Positions 45,424 through 54,907 of a stretch of 64,000 bases of DNA are shown piece after piece (within the stretch, counting starts at the first letter, position 1; every line of letters starts with the position of its first letter). The DNA comes from an uncultured Gemmatimonadales bacterium (lineage in GTDB: Bacteria; Gemmatimonadota; Gemmatimonadetes; Gemmatimonadales; GWC2-71-9), in NCBI GenBank assembly GCA_963717315.1, contig CAVQWA010000009.1, positions 720 to 64,719 on the forward strand. Direction: 5' to 3'. Made by a program: the position numbers and the translations under genes. The notes below the pieces were generated by a model, which was not told the DNA's origin, ran no database searches, and saw only the letters and a program-made list of their open reading frames with translations.

Positions 45424-46772
45424 CAGTGGTGCCCTCCCGCGCGCTTCCGCGGCATCGGAATGGTCTCCTTGATCTCCTGGATCGCCACGATCGGGAAGGC
45501 CCGCGCGAACAGGAGGAAGTACATCAGGAACCAGCCGAACGACCCGATCAGGATCCCCCAGTCGGCCCAGGTCGGGTTCGGCACCGCCCAGTTCCAGGGG
45601 AGGAAGTCGTTCGAGAGCGAGGACGCGATGATCACGTAGCGCTCGAACCACATCCCGATGTTGATGAAGATCGAGATGACGAAGAGCGCCGTCAGGTTGC
45701 CCCGGATCTTCCGGAACCAGAGCAGCTGGGAGACGAACGCGTTGCAGATGATCATCGCCCAGCCCGCCCACCACTGCGGGCCGAACGCGCGCAGGTAGAA
45801 GGTCGTCTGCTCCCACTGCACCCCGCTGTACCACGCCACGAAGTACTCCATGGCGTAGGCGTAGGCCAGGATCGAGCCGGTGAAGAGGGTGAGCTTGGCG
45901 AGGTTGTCGAAGTGGTACTCGTGGATCAGGTGCTCGACCTTGAGGATCCGCCGGAGCGGGATCAGCAGGGTGAGCACCATCCCGATCCCGGAGTAGATGG
46001 CGCCGGCCACGAAGTAGGGCGCGAAGATCGTCCCGTGCCATCCCGGGATGATGGACATCGCGAAGTCCCAGGACACCACGCTGTGCACCGAGAGCACCAG
46101 CGGGGTGGCCAGCGCGGCCAGGTAGAGGTACGCCCGGGTGTAGTGCCGCCACTGGTTGTCGCTGCCGGTCCAGCCCAGCGAGCAGGCGGCGTACAGCTTC
46201 TTCCGCCAGCCCGACACCTGGTCCCGCACCGCCGCGATGTCCGGCACCAGGCCGACCACGAGGAAAGTGGTGGACACCGTCAGGTAGGTGGAGATCGCGA
46301 ACACGTCCCAGAGCAGCGGCGACTTGAAGTTGGGCCAGAGGTACCGCTGGTTCGGGTAGGGCAGCAGCCAGTAGAAGATCCACTGGCGCCCGATGTGGAT
46401 GATCGGGAACAGGGCCGCCGTCATGATCGCGAACACCGTCATCGCCTCCGTGGCCCGGTACACGGCGGTGCGCCAGGGCGAGCGGAAGAGGAAGAGGATG
46501 GCCGAGATGAGCGTGCCGGCGTGGCCGATGCCGACCCAGAACACGAAGGTCGTGATGTAGACCAGCCACATGACCGGCGGGGTGTAGCCCGCCAGCCCGA
46601 GGCCGTCCTTGAGCAGCAGCACGAAAGTGACGGCGCCCACGCCGAACATCGCGACGGCGCCGAGCAGCATCAGGACGTAGGCGCGGCTCGGCTTCCCGAG
46701 CGTCGCGACGACGTCCCGGGTGACCTGGGCGTGGGTGATCGCGGGAACCGCCTCGTGGGCGACGGTGGCCAT
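45423..46772 (-). CDS. actC: Alternative complex III subunit ActC (NrfD/polysulfide-reductase-like quinol-interacting membrane subunit)
   Basis: 449 aa, 10 TM, NrfD-family pattern. Confidence 0.9.
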   Translation of the reverse strand: MATVAHEAVPAITHAQVTRDVVATLGKPSRAYVLMLLGAVAMFGVGAVTFVLLLKDGLGLAGYTPPVMWLVYITTFVFWVGIGHAGTLISAILFLFRSPWRTAVYRATEAMTVFAIMTAALFPIIHIGRQWIFYWLLPYPNQRYLWPNFKSPLLWDVFAISTYLTVSTTFLVVGLVPDIAAVRDQVSGWRKKLYAACSLGWTGSDNQWRHYTRAYLYLAALATPLVLSVHSVVSWDFAMSIIPGWHGTIFAPYFVAGAIYSGIGMVLTLLIPLRRILKVEHLIHEYHFDNLAKLTLFTGSILAYAYAMEYFVAWYSGVQWEQTTFYLRAFGPQWWAGWAMIICNAFVSQLLWFRKIRGNLTALFVISIFINIGMWFERYVIIASSLSNDFLPWNWAVPNPTWADWGILIGSFGWFLMYFLLFARAFPIVAIQEIKETIPMPRKRAGGHH

Positions 46773-46775
46773 CGG

Positions 46776-49700
46776 TCAGTGCTCCCCGCCGTTCGAGGCG
46801 GCCGCCGGCCCGGCCTCGCGATGCTGCACCTCCGCGAGGTAGGTGACCGAGGGCCGCACGTTGAGATCCTCGAGGATGTGGTACCCGCGCCGGTCAGCCG
46901 CCGCCCGGGTCACCGCGCTCTCCGGGTCGTGCAGGTCGCCGAACACCAGCGCCCCGCTGGGGCAGGCCTGGGCGCAGGCGGTCACGACGTCCCCGTCGCG
47001 GAGCGGCCGGTCCGCCAGCCGCGCCCGGTGCTGCGCCCCACGGATCCGCTGGATGCAGAAGGTGCACTTCTCCATGACGCCCCGCGCGCGCACCGTCACC
47101 TCCGGATTGAGCTGGAGGTTGAGCGGCTCGGGGAACGCCATCTTCGCGTACGCCAGCCAGTTGTAGTACCGCACCTTGTACGGGCAGTTGTTGCTGCAGT
47201 ACCGGGTCCCCACGCAGCGGTTGTACACCTGCGCGTTGAGCCCGTCGGGCGTGTGGTAGGCTGCATACACCGGGCAGACCGGCTCGCACGGGGCGTTGGC
47301 GCAGTGCTGGCACATCACCGGGACGAACCGCGCCTCCGGGGACACGCCGTCCGCGGCCGTCTCCCAGTAGCGCTCGATCCGCATCCAGCTCATCTCGCGG
47401 CCGCGGAGCACCTCCGCCTCACCCACGAACGGGATGTTGTTCTCCGCGTAGCAGGCGGTGACGCAGGCGGAACAGCCGGTGCACTTCGCCAGGTCGACGG
47501 CGAGGCCCCACTGCGGGAGTCCCGGCTGGTAGTTGCCGAGCAGGGTCCGCTGGTGCTGGGCCGCGCCGAATCCGGCGACCGCCTCCTTCTCCCGCGGGGT
47601 GTTGACCTCGTGCCCTCCGCCGCCGCGGGCCCGGTGCGCCTCCGCCACCGTCATTCCCCGGGCCGCGTACGCCAGCGGCATCGCCTCGGCCACCCCCCGC
47701 CCGAGCTGGCGCGGGTTGCCCTCCGTCTTGGCGAGCTTCTGGTAGCGGTTGGCCTTGACGACCCGGACCCGGGTGGAGACGTAGGGCACGTACGCCGCGT
47801 CTCCCGGGGCACCGAGAAGGGCGAGGGCGTTCACCCCGCGTCCCTTGGCGTACCGGCCGCATTCGGTGTGGCCGAGGCCGAGCGGCATCGCCACCGCGTC
47901 CGGCCGGATCCCGGCATAGAGGTACGCCGGCGCCTCGACCGCGCCGTGCGGCGACTCCAGCCGCAGGATCTCGCCCTCCCGGACGTCGAGCGCCTTCGCG
48001 GTGTCCGGGTGGAGCTCCACCCAGCTCTGCCAGGTGATCTTGGTGACCGGGTCGGGGTTCTCCAGCAGCCACGGCCGGTTGGCGCCGCGGCCGTCGTGGT
48101 ACATCGAGGAGGGGTACGCCAGGAAGGTGAAGTCGCCGTCGCCGTCGAGCCCGGGCGGGTCGGCCGCCACCTGCACCGCGGTCGGCGCCAGCCCCACCGC
48201 CTCCGCGGGGACGTCGGCCCAGGTCCCGCCCCGGGCGAGCGCCTCGCGCCACGCCTGGTCGGGATCGGCCGCGCCGGCGGTCCAGGCCGCCTTGAGGTGC
48301 GCCGCCCAGTCGGCCGCCGGGAAGGCCGCCGCCACCTCGCCGCCCTGCCGCTTCGCCGCGGCCAGGAGGACGTCGCCCAGCGCGCGGGTATCGTGGAGCG
48401 GCATCATCGCCGGCTGCATCAGGCCCCGCACGCCGGCCCGCGGCCGGACGTCGTCCCACCGCTCGAGGGCGTGGGAGCCGGGCAGGATGAGGTCGCAGAG
48501 CGCGGCGGTCTCGTCCAGCACCGCCGCGGTCGAGACCTTGAATGCCGCCTTGCCGATCGCGGTCGCGAGCCCCGCGCTCCCGGGCGTGGCGTAGGCCGGG
48601 TTCGCCTCGTGGACGATCAGCACGCCCACCTGCCCCGCCTCGAGGTCCCGCGCGAGCTGCGCCAGGCCGGCCCAGCCGTCGCCGGCCGCGAGAGCGGCAC
48701 CGAACTTCACCGTCCGGCCCACGTTGCCGGCCACGTAATTGAGGATGTTCACCGCGGCACAGGCCGCGGCCGCTCCCCGGGTCCGGGCGCCGATGCCCCC
48801 GGCCACCGCGAGGCCCGGCTCGGCGGCGGCGAACTCGCGCGCCACCGCGCGAATCACCTCGGCGGCCACGCCGCTCGCCTCCGCCGCCCGCTCCGGCGTC
48901 CAGCCCGCGAGCAGGCCCGACAGCATCCCGGCGTCGGCCGGCCCACCGCGCTCCGCGGCGATGACGCCCGCCATCGCGAGGGCCACCGCCGCCTCGCTCC
49001 CCGGGCGGATCGCGTGCCACGCGTCGGCGTTGAGGCCGGTCAGGTCCATCCGCGCCGCGAAGGCGACGTGCTTCGCCATCCGGCCGTCGTGGAACCCGTG
49101 GCTCGCCGCGTATCCCCGCTGGTTCTCCAGCGGCGAGAGCCAGGTCTCGAGGAAGTCGGCGCCGAACGAGAGGATGTACCGCGCGGCGGCGAAGTCGTGC
49201 GCCGGCAGCTCGTCCCGCCCGAACACCTGGCGGTTGGCCTCCCGCATCGGCTCGTGGTCGAAGGGCTCCCACCGCACCACCCGGCCGCCCACCGCGCCGG
49301 CCCACGTGCCGAGCAGGTCATCCAGGGTGCCGCGGCCCGCGCCGCTCAGCACCGCCACCCGCCCGCGTGCGCCGCCCACCTGCTGGGCCAGGAGCGCGAT
49401 CGCGTCGTCCCACGGGATCGCCTCGAAGCCGCCGCCCGCCCTCCGCCGCATCGGGCCGCGGATCCGGTCCGGGTGGTAGAGCCCCTGGAGCCCGGCCTGC
49501 CCGCGGGCGCAGAGCTTCCCGGCGTTGACCGGGTGGTCCGGGTTCCCCTCGAGCTTGATCGGGCGCGCCTCCCGGGTGACCACGTGCAGCCCGCAGCCGG
49601 CGCTGCATTCGGCGCAGGTGCTGGCGTACACCGTCGGGATTCCGGGCACCTGGTTCTCGTCCTGCACCAGGTACGGGACGAGCTTGGCCACCTGGTCGGT

Positions 49701-49799
49701 GGAGCAGCCGGAGAGCACGGCGCTGCCGGCCCCCGTCACCCCCACCACCGACAGGAAGCGCCGGCGGTCCATGCCCTTCGATTCAGTTGCGTCGGACAT
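46776..49799 (-). CDS. actB: Alternative complex III subunit ActB (molybdopterin-oxidoreductase-like B1 fused to a 4-cluster ferredoxin B2)
   Basis: Tat signal MDRRRFLSVVG. N-terminal Cys cluster CAECSAGCG. C-terminal cluster motifs CTGCSACVTAC, CQHCANAPCEPVCP, CVGTRYCSNNCP and CTFC. Confidence 0.92.
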   Translation of the reverse strand: MSDATESKGMDRRRFLSVVGVTGAGSAVLSGCSTDQVAKLVPYLVQDENQVPGIPTVYASTCAECSAGCGLHVVTREARPIKLEGNPDHPVNAGKLCARGQAGLQGLYHPDRIRGPMRRRAGGGFEAIPWDDAIALLAQQVGGARGRVAVLSGAGRGTLDDLLGTWAGAVGGRVVRWEPFDHEPMREANRQVFGRDELPAHDFAAARYILSFGADFLETWLSPLENQRGYAASHGFHDGRMAKHVAFAARMDLTGLNADAWHAIRPGSEAAVALAMAGVIAAERGGPADAGMLSGLLAGWTPERAAEASGVAAEVIRAVAREFAAAEPGLAVAGGIGARTRGAAAACAAVNILNYVAGNVGRTVKFGAALAAGDGWAGLAQLARDLEAGQVGVLIVHEANPAYATPGSAGLATAIGKAAFKVSTAAVLDETAALCDLILPGSHALERWDDVRPRAGVRGLMQPAMMPLHDTRALGDVLLAAAKRQGGEVAAAFPAADWAAHLKAAWTAGAADPDQAWREALARGGTWADVPAEAVGLAPTAVQVAADPPGLDGDGDFTFLAYPSSMYHDGRGANRPWLLENPDPVTKITWQSWVELHPDTAKALDVREGEILRLESPHGAVEAPAYLYAGIRPDAVAMPLGLGHTECGRYAKGRGVNALALLGAPGDAAYVPYVSTRVRVVKANRYQKLAKTEGNPRQLGRGVAEAMPLAYAARGMTVAEAHRARGGGGHEVNTPREKEAVAGFGAAQHQRTLLGNYQPGLPQWGLAVDLAKCTGCSACVTACYAENNIPFVGEAEVLRGREMSWMRIERYWETAADGVSPEARFVPVMCQHCANAPCEPVCPVYAAYHTPDGLNAQVYNRCVGTRYCSNNCPYKVRYYNWLAYAKMAFPEPLNLQLNPEVTVRARGVMEKCTFCIQRIRGAQHRARLADRPLRDGDVVTACAQACPSGALVFGDLHDPESAVTRAAADRRGYHILEDLNVRPSVTYLAEVQHREAGPAAASNGGEH

Positions 49800-49829
49800 C
49801 CGTGCTCCGAGGTGGCGACCGGCGAACGG

Positions 49830-50438
49830 CTAGTAGTGGCACACCGAGCAGTCCCGCGAGACGTTGCGCTCGAGGTGACAGTTGATGCACCAGCCCATGT
49901 TGTTGATGTTGTTGACCTTGTAGACCTGCGGCATGCGGGCGATGTCCCCGTGGCACGAGGCGCAGGCGGTCGAGCCCATCGCCTTGATGTGGCGCTGGTG
50001 GGGGAACCGGACGTGGCGCGCCACGCCGTGGATCCGGAGCCACTCGATCGGCTCGCCCTTGGTGTTCGCCTCGCGCACCTTCCGGATCTCGACCTTGCTG
50101 GCGCTGTCCGTCCCGCCGAGGACCAGGTGGCAGTTCATGCACGTGCCCATCGAGGGGATGCCCGGCTCCGAGCTGGCCGCCACCGAGTAGTGACAGTACT
50201 GGCAGGCGATCTTGAACTGGCCGGCGTGAATGTCGTGGCGGAAGAAGACCGGCTGCCGGGGCCCGGCGAGCGCCGAGGTGTCCCCCGCGGCGAGCACCGG
50301 CGCGGCCACCGAATCGGGGCCGGCGGGTGCGGCCGGTTGGGCACGGCCCGCGGCGCTCGAGATCGCCACGGCCGCGAGCGCCACCGCCGCGGCGCCGCCT
50401 GCGAGGAGTGCCGCCTTGCGCATGGATCGGGTCATCAC
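49830..50438 (-). CDS. actA: Alternative complex III subunit ActA (pentahaem cytochrome c)
   Basis: Signal anchor plus five CxxCH motifs: CQYCH, CMNCH, CASCH, CINCH, CSVCH. Confidence 0.9.
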   Translation of the reverse strand: MMTRSMRKAALLAGGAAAVALAAVAISSAAGRAQPAAPAGPDSVAAPVLAAGDTSALAGPRQPVFFRHDIHAGQFKIACQYCHYSVAASSEPGIPSMGTCMNCHLVLGGTDSASKVEIRKVREANTKGEPIEWLRIHGVARHVRFPHQRHIKAMGSTACASCHGDIARMPQVYKVNNINNMGWCINCHLERNVSRDCSVCHY

Positions 50439-50507
50439 CTGTCTAGCGTGGAGTGGGCTCCGCCGGCACCAGCCGGTCGGGGGCTCGCCCCGCGGGGCGT
50501 ACGACTT

Positions 50508-50523
50508 GTGAACGGATTCACGA
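50508..50523. promoter_or_regulatory. CRP/FNR-family-type palindromic site upstream of actA
   Basis: TGTGAACGGATTCACG matches TGTGA-N6-TCACA at 9 of 10 consensus positions. Its centre lies ~77 nt upstream of the actA start codon. Confidence 0.35.
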
Positions 50524-50799
50524 AGGGGCGCAACTCGCGGAGAATCCGCGCGATCGCCGTCCGGCGCGCGAGAAAAATACCCGCACGCTCACGTCGGGCA
50601 ACCCTGCCGACCCGGATGAATCCTGACCGGGACCCTCGGGTATTGCCGGAGGGGGGGACGGTGGCCCCCGCGGCTGTGCGCGCGCGGAGCGGGACGCTCG
50701 TCACCTGTACGGAGCTCGTCGTCAGTCGCGGGCGGAGATGCGTGACTGCGCTGCGTCCCGGCGGTCGGCGAGTCTGGACGGTGGTGCGGCGGCCCCGCA

Positions 50800-51597
50800 T
50801 CACCGTTCGCCCTGCCCATCGGTCTCGACGCCGGCCGGCGCCAGCGGCGGCGGCACCGGGATGCCCCGTCGCTCCAGGTACCGGACCAGCTCGATCCCCA
50901 TCGCGCGGATGAGTGCCGCCTCGCGGGTGTCGAGGTCGGCGCGATGCAGTGCCTCCCGGAACCCCCGCATCACGTGGCCGGCGGAGCGGGTCTTGAAGAA
51001 CTCGATGGCGTGGAGCGCCCGCTCCCAGTCGGTGAACATCCGCGCCACGAGCTCGCCCGGGGCGGGCGGCGACTCGCGCCGCGGCCGCTTGCGTGGCGGC
51101 CCCTCCCCGCGGCGCGCGACCCACGATTCGTAGGCCATGATCGCCACCGCCTGCGCCAGGTTGAGCGAGCGGTAGTCGGGGCTCGTGGGCAGCGACACGA
51201 GCGCGGCGCAGCGGTCCAGCTCCTCGTTCGAGAGCCCCTTGTCCTCCCGGCCGGCGACGATCGCCACCGGCCCCTCCGCCCGCCGGGCCGTGAGTTCCGC
51301 GGCGGCCTCGCGGGGCCCGAGCACCGTCCGCTTGGCCGCGCGGCCCCGCGCCGTGAGGGCCACGCTCCAGACGCAATCGGCCAGGGCGGCCTCGAGGGTG
51401 GGGGGCTGCTCGATGCGGGCGACGAACCCCGCGGTGTTGTGCGCGATGCCCTCGATCCGCCACGGGTCGAAGACCTCGGGCTCGACCAGGCGCATGCCCT
51501 CGAGCCCGAAGTTGTGGGCGATCCGCACCGCGCTCGCGATGTTGACGATGTCCTGCGCCCCCACCAGCACCAGCAGGGGGCCGCCCGGATCCGCCAC
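50800..51597 (-). CDS. SpoU/TrmH-family RNA 2'-O-methyltransferase (TrmJ-like)
   Basis: GTG start at 51597. Blocks NIASAVRIAHNFG, VAIVAGREDKGLSNEEL and LNLAQAVAIMAYE. Confidence 0.85.
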   Translation of the reverse strand: MADPGGPLLVLVGAQDIVNIASAVRIAHNFGLEGMRLVEPEVFDPWRIEGIAHNTAGFVARIEQPPTLEAALADCVWSVALTARGRAAKRTVLGPREAAAELTARRAEGPVAIVAGREDKGLSNEELDRCAALVSLPTSPDYRSLNLAQAVAIMAYESWVARRGEGPPRKRPRRESPPAPGELVARMFTDWERALHAIEFFKTRSAGHVMRGFREALHRADLDTREAALIRAMGIELVRYLERRGIPVPPPLAPAGVETDGQGER

Positions 51598-53025
51598 TCA
51601 GCTCTCCACGGCGAACGACGTGTCGTGCCGCTTCGCCTTGAGGGCGGCCAGGATCGCGGACTTGTCGGCCGCCTTCATCCACGCTTCCTTCGGCTCGACC
51701 CGGCCCTGCTCCACCAGCTCCATCAGCGCGTCGTGGAGCGTGACCATCCCGAGCTTCCGCCCGGTCTGCATCACCGAGGGGACCTGGAACGTCTTCCCCT
51801 CCCGGATGAGGTTCTGGATCGCCGGCGTCACCAGCAGGATCTCCCGCGCCGCCACCCGGCCCCCGCCCACCTTCCGGCAGAGCACCTGGGCGATCACCCC
51901 GCGAAGCGACTCCGCGAGCATCGTCCGCACCTGGGCCTGCCGGTCGGCGGGGAACTGGTCGATGATGCGGTCGATCGTGCTCGCCGCGGTGGTGGTGTGG
52001 AGCGTGCCGAAGACCAGGTGGCCGGTCTCGGCGGTCTCGAGCGCGATCGAGACGGTCTCGAGGTCCCGCATCTCGCCCACCAGCACGATGTCCGGATCCT
52101 CCCGGAGCGCCGCCCGCAGCGCCTGCTTGAAGCCCCGGGTGTGGAGCCCGACCTGGCGCTGCGTCACCAGGCACTTCTTGCTCGGGTGCACGAACTCGAC
52201 CGGGTCCTCGATGGTGATGAGGTGCTCGTTCCGGGTCCGGTTGACCAGGTCCACCAGCGCGGCGAGCGTGGTGGACTTGCCGGACCCGGTCGGGCCGGTC
52301 ACCAGCACGAGGCCCTTGCTCAGTTGGCACAGCGCCTGGACCTCGGGGGAGATGCCCATCTCCTCCACCGTCGGGATCACGGACGGGATCACCCGGAAGA
52401 CCGCCATCGGGCCACCGCGCTCGCGGCCGGCATTGCAGCGGAAGCGCGCCACGCCCTCGATCTCGTAGGCCCAGTCGGCATCACCGGTCTCGAGGAACTC
52501 CCGCCGGGGGGCTTCCGGCATGATGGACGCGAGCATCCCGTCGAGCCGCTCGGGGGTGAGCGCCGCCTGGTCGAGCCGGGCGAGGCCGCCGGAGACACGG
52601 TGCAGGGGCGCCTGCCCCGACCGGAGGTGCAGGTCGCTCCCGCCCGCCGCCACGAGGCCCCGGAGGAGCTCGTCCATCGCGGACCGGAGCTCGGGGTCCG
52701 CCGCCGGCGCCTCCGCGGCCGCGCGCGCCCCCGGCCGCACCGTCGCCTGCGGGCCGGCCCCGCCGGGGTTCACCTCCAGCGAGACCGTGCCGGCCGGAGC
52801 GGCGTACGTCGCGGTGAACGGGCTGGTGCCGCCCAGCGCCCCGGCCTGCCCGGCGGGAAGCACCTCGCGCAGGAGGCTGGTCACCTGCGCGCCGGAGAGC
52901 GCGTCCCGGGTGACGGGGCGATCGGCGCCCCGCACCCGCAGCGCGGCGGGGGCCCCGGGCTGGAGGACGAGCGCGTCGGCGCGATGCTCGAACAGTGCCT
53001 TGATGAACGAGTCGAGCTGGGGCAC
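51598..53025 (-). CDS. PilT/PilU-family type IV pilus retraction-type ATPase with an extra N-terminal module
   Basis: Walker A GPTGSGKST, Asp box ITIEDPVEF, Walker B DIVLVGEMRD and His box GHLVFGTLHT. At 475 aa it exceeds the usual ~345-370 aa. Confidence 0.9.
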   Translation of the reverse strand: MPQLDSFIKALFEHRADALVLQPGAPAALRVRGADRPVTRDALSGAQVTSLLREVLPAGQAGALGGTSPFTATYAAPAGTVSLEVNPGGAGPQATVRPGARAAAEAPAADPELRSAMDELLRGLVAAGGSDLHLRSGQAPLHRVSGGLARLDQAALTPERLDGMLASIMPEAPRREFLETGDADWAYEIEGVARFRCNAGRERGGPMAVFRVIPSVIPTVEEMGISPEVQALCQLSKGLVLVTGPTGSGKSTTLAALVDLVNRTRNEHLITIEDPVEFVHPSKKCLVTQRQVGLHTRGFKQALRAALREDPDIVLVGEMRDLETVSIALETAETGHLVFGTLHTTTAASTIDRIIDQFPADRQAQVRTMLAESLRGVIAQVLCRKVGGGRVAAREILLVTPAIQNLIREGKTFQVPSVMQTGRKLGMVTLHDALMELVEQGRVEPKEAWMKAADKSAILAALKAKRHDTSFAVES

Positions 53026-53032
53026 GGGCGTC

Positions 53033-53497
53033 TCAGTCGAGGGGCCGGACGAGCCGGACGTGGTTTCGGTTGATCAGCAGCAGGCCCTCGGGGCCCCGGA
53101 GGGCGAGGAAGGGGTCCTGGGAGTTCACGTAGTCGAGCGCGCGGGTGCGGGTCGGGGGCAGGAAGATCCGGGCGCTGCCCCGGCGGACCGTCCCGCCCTG
53201 CATGGTGAATTCGAGCCCGACTTCGCGGCCCAGCTGCTCCTCGAGCATCTCCGCGGTGGCCGGTCCGGGCGCGATCCGCACCAGCGCGACCTGGGCCTTG
53301 GACACGAAGACCACGCCCCCCTCCGGGGTGGCGACGGGAAAGAAGTGTTCCGGGCGGTTGAGCATCTCGAGCGGCGTCTCGCCTCCGTCCCGGTGCGCCA
53401 CCCGCGGCTGGAGGTGCAGCGCGCCGTCGAGGGTGGCCCCGTCCGCGAGCAGGATTTCCGCCGGCATGCGGTCGGTGCTGAGCCATTTCGGTTCCAC
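53033..53497 (-). CDS. Hypothetical small protein with two similar beta-rich halves
   Basis: The two halves end GGVVFVSKAQVALVRI and GLLLINRNHVRLVRPL. No family recognised. Confidence 0.5.
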   Translation of the reverse strand: MEPKWLSTDRMPAEILLADGATLDGALHLQPRVAHRDGGETPLEMLNRPEHFFPVATPEGGVVFVSKAQVALVRIAPGPATAEMLEEQLGREVGLEFTMQGGTVRRGSARIFLPPTRTRALDYVNSQDPFLALRGPEGLLLINRNHVRLVRPLD

Positions 53498-53510
53498 GAT
53501 CCCTCCGGCG

Positions 53511-53996
53511 TCAGGCCCCGGCCGCGCCGAGGGCGGCGAGCGCCGCGCCGTCGAGCCGGTAGGTGGTCCACTCGGTCATCGGGCGGGCGCCGAGTCGGTC
53601 GTAGAACTCGATGGCAGGGCGGTTCCAGTCGAGCACCGACCACTCCATCCGCCCGCAGTCCCGCGCCGCCGCCTCCCGACCGAGCCGCCGGAGGAGCGCC
53701 AGGCCGATCCCGCGCCCGCGCGCCTCCGGCACGACGAAGACGTCCTCGAGCCAGAGCGTCGGCCGCGCCAGGAACGAGGAGTAGGTGAAGAAATAGAACG
53801 CGTACCCCACCGGACGGTCGTCGAGCCGGGCGAGCAGCGTGTCGAACCGGGGCGCGGGCCCGAACCCGTCGCGGAGCAGCCGGGCCCGGGCCGCTGCGTC
53901 GGGCCGGGCGAGCTTCTCGTAGTCCGCCAGCGCGTCCACCAGCTCGAGGAACGCGGCGCCGTCGCCGGCGGCCGCGGGCCGGATCTCGAGCGTCAT
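53511..53996 (-). CDS. GNAT-family N-acetyltransferase
   Basis: Acetyl-CoA motif LEDVFVVPEARGRGIGLALL, then ...AIEFYDRLGA. Confidence 0.85.
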   Translation of the reverse strand: MTLEIRPAAAGDGAAFLELVDALADYEKLARPDAAARARLLRDGFGPAPRFDTLLARLDDRPVGYAFYFFTYSSFLARPTLWLEDVFVVPEARGRGIGLALLRRLGREAAARDCGRMEWSVLDWNRPAIEFYDRLGARPMTEWTTYRLDGAALAALGAAGA

Positions 53997-54907
53997 CCCC
54001 GGATCTCCACCCCGGCCTGCCGCTCGCTGACCCGGACCGCCTCGAGGTAGTCGGCCTGCTCCCCCAGCGCCGCCCGCGCGCGGTCGAGCAGCTCCACCGC
54101 CTGGGCCAGCATGGGGTGGTCCACCCCCAGGGCCGCGGCCAGGTCGGCGGCGATCCCGGCGTCCTTGTGCAGCAACGCCAGGCGGAACGTGGGCGGGAAG
54201 CTCCCGGTGAGGACCCGCTCGGGCACCAGCACCTCGCTCACGAAGGAGCGTCCGCTGGAGACGTTGAGCACCTCGACCGCGGCGCGCGGCTCCACTCCCG
54301 CCTTCGCGAGGGCGGTGAGCGCTTCTCCCAGCGCGAGGATGTTGACGGCGAGGAGGGCATTGTTCACCGACTTCATCGCGTGCCCGGTGCCCACCGGACC
54401 CAGGTGCTCCATCCGCTGCCCGAAGGCCCGGAGGACCTCGCGCGCCTGCAGGACGTCCTGCTCCTCCCCGCCGAGCATCACGGTGAGCGTGCCGGCCTCC
54501 GCCCCGTTGGTTCCCCCGCTGACCGGGGCGTCCACGAAGCCGTGGCCCGCCGCCCGCAGCCGCGCCGCGATCCGGCGCGAGGCCTCCGGCGCCCCGGAGG
54601 TGCAGTCCACCAGGAGCGCCCCCGGCCGGAACCCCGCCAGCAGGCCGTCGGGCCCGTCGAGCAGCCCCTCGACCTCGGCCGAGGTGGGCAGGCAGGTGAG
54701 GACCACTTCCGCGGCCTCGGCGGCCTCGCGTGGCGTCGCGGCGACGTTCGCGCCCGTCGCCTCGCCGAAGCCGCGCGCCACCTCGGCGGTCCGGTTCCAG
54801 ACGGTGAGCGGGTAGAGCCGCGCCACCCGCGCCGCCATCGGCCGGCCGATGGCGCCGAGCCCGAGGAAGGCCACGCGGGGGCGGGCGTGGAGCGGCGGTT
54901 CCCTCAT
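53993..54907 (-). CDS. NAD(P)-dependent 3-hydroxyisobutyrate / 6-phosphogluconate-dehydrogenase-like oxidoreductase
   Basis: ATG 54907 overlaps the ferritin stop (ATGA). Blocks VAFLGLGAIGRPMA, DAPVSGG and GTGHAMKSVNN. Confidence 0.85.
   Translation of the reverse strand: MREPPLHARPRVAFLGLGAIGRPMAARVARLYPLTVWNRTAEVARGFGEATGANVAATPREAAEAAEVVLTCLPTSAEVEGLLDGPDGLLAGFRPGALLVDCTSGAPEASRRIAARLRAAGHGFVDAPVSGGTNGAEAGTLTVMLGGEEQDVLQAREVLRAFGQRMEHLGPVGTGHAMKSVNNALLAVNILALGEALTALAKAGVEPRAAVEVLNVSSGRSFVSEVLVPERVLTGSFPPTFRLALLHKDAGIAADLAAALGVDHPMLAQAVELLDRARAALGEQADYLEAVRVSERQAGVEIRG

Noticed and set aside
45426-50912. 1828-aa plus-strand ORF, the longest in the window
   Set aside because: Antisense to the entire actA-actD region. 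The translation is Arg/Pro/Gly/His/Asp-rich low-complexity sequence with no motifs. The minus strand encodes textbook ACIII subunits with haem, Fe-S and Tat motifs. It is a shadow ORF caused by GC-rich codon bias.
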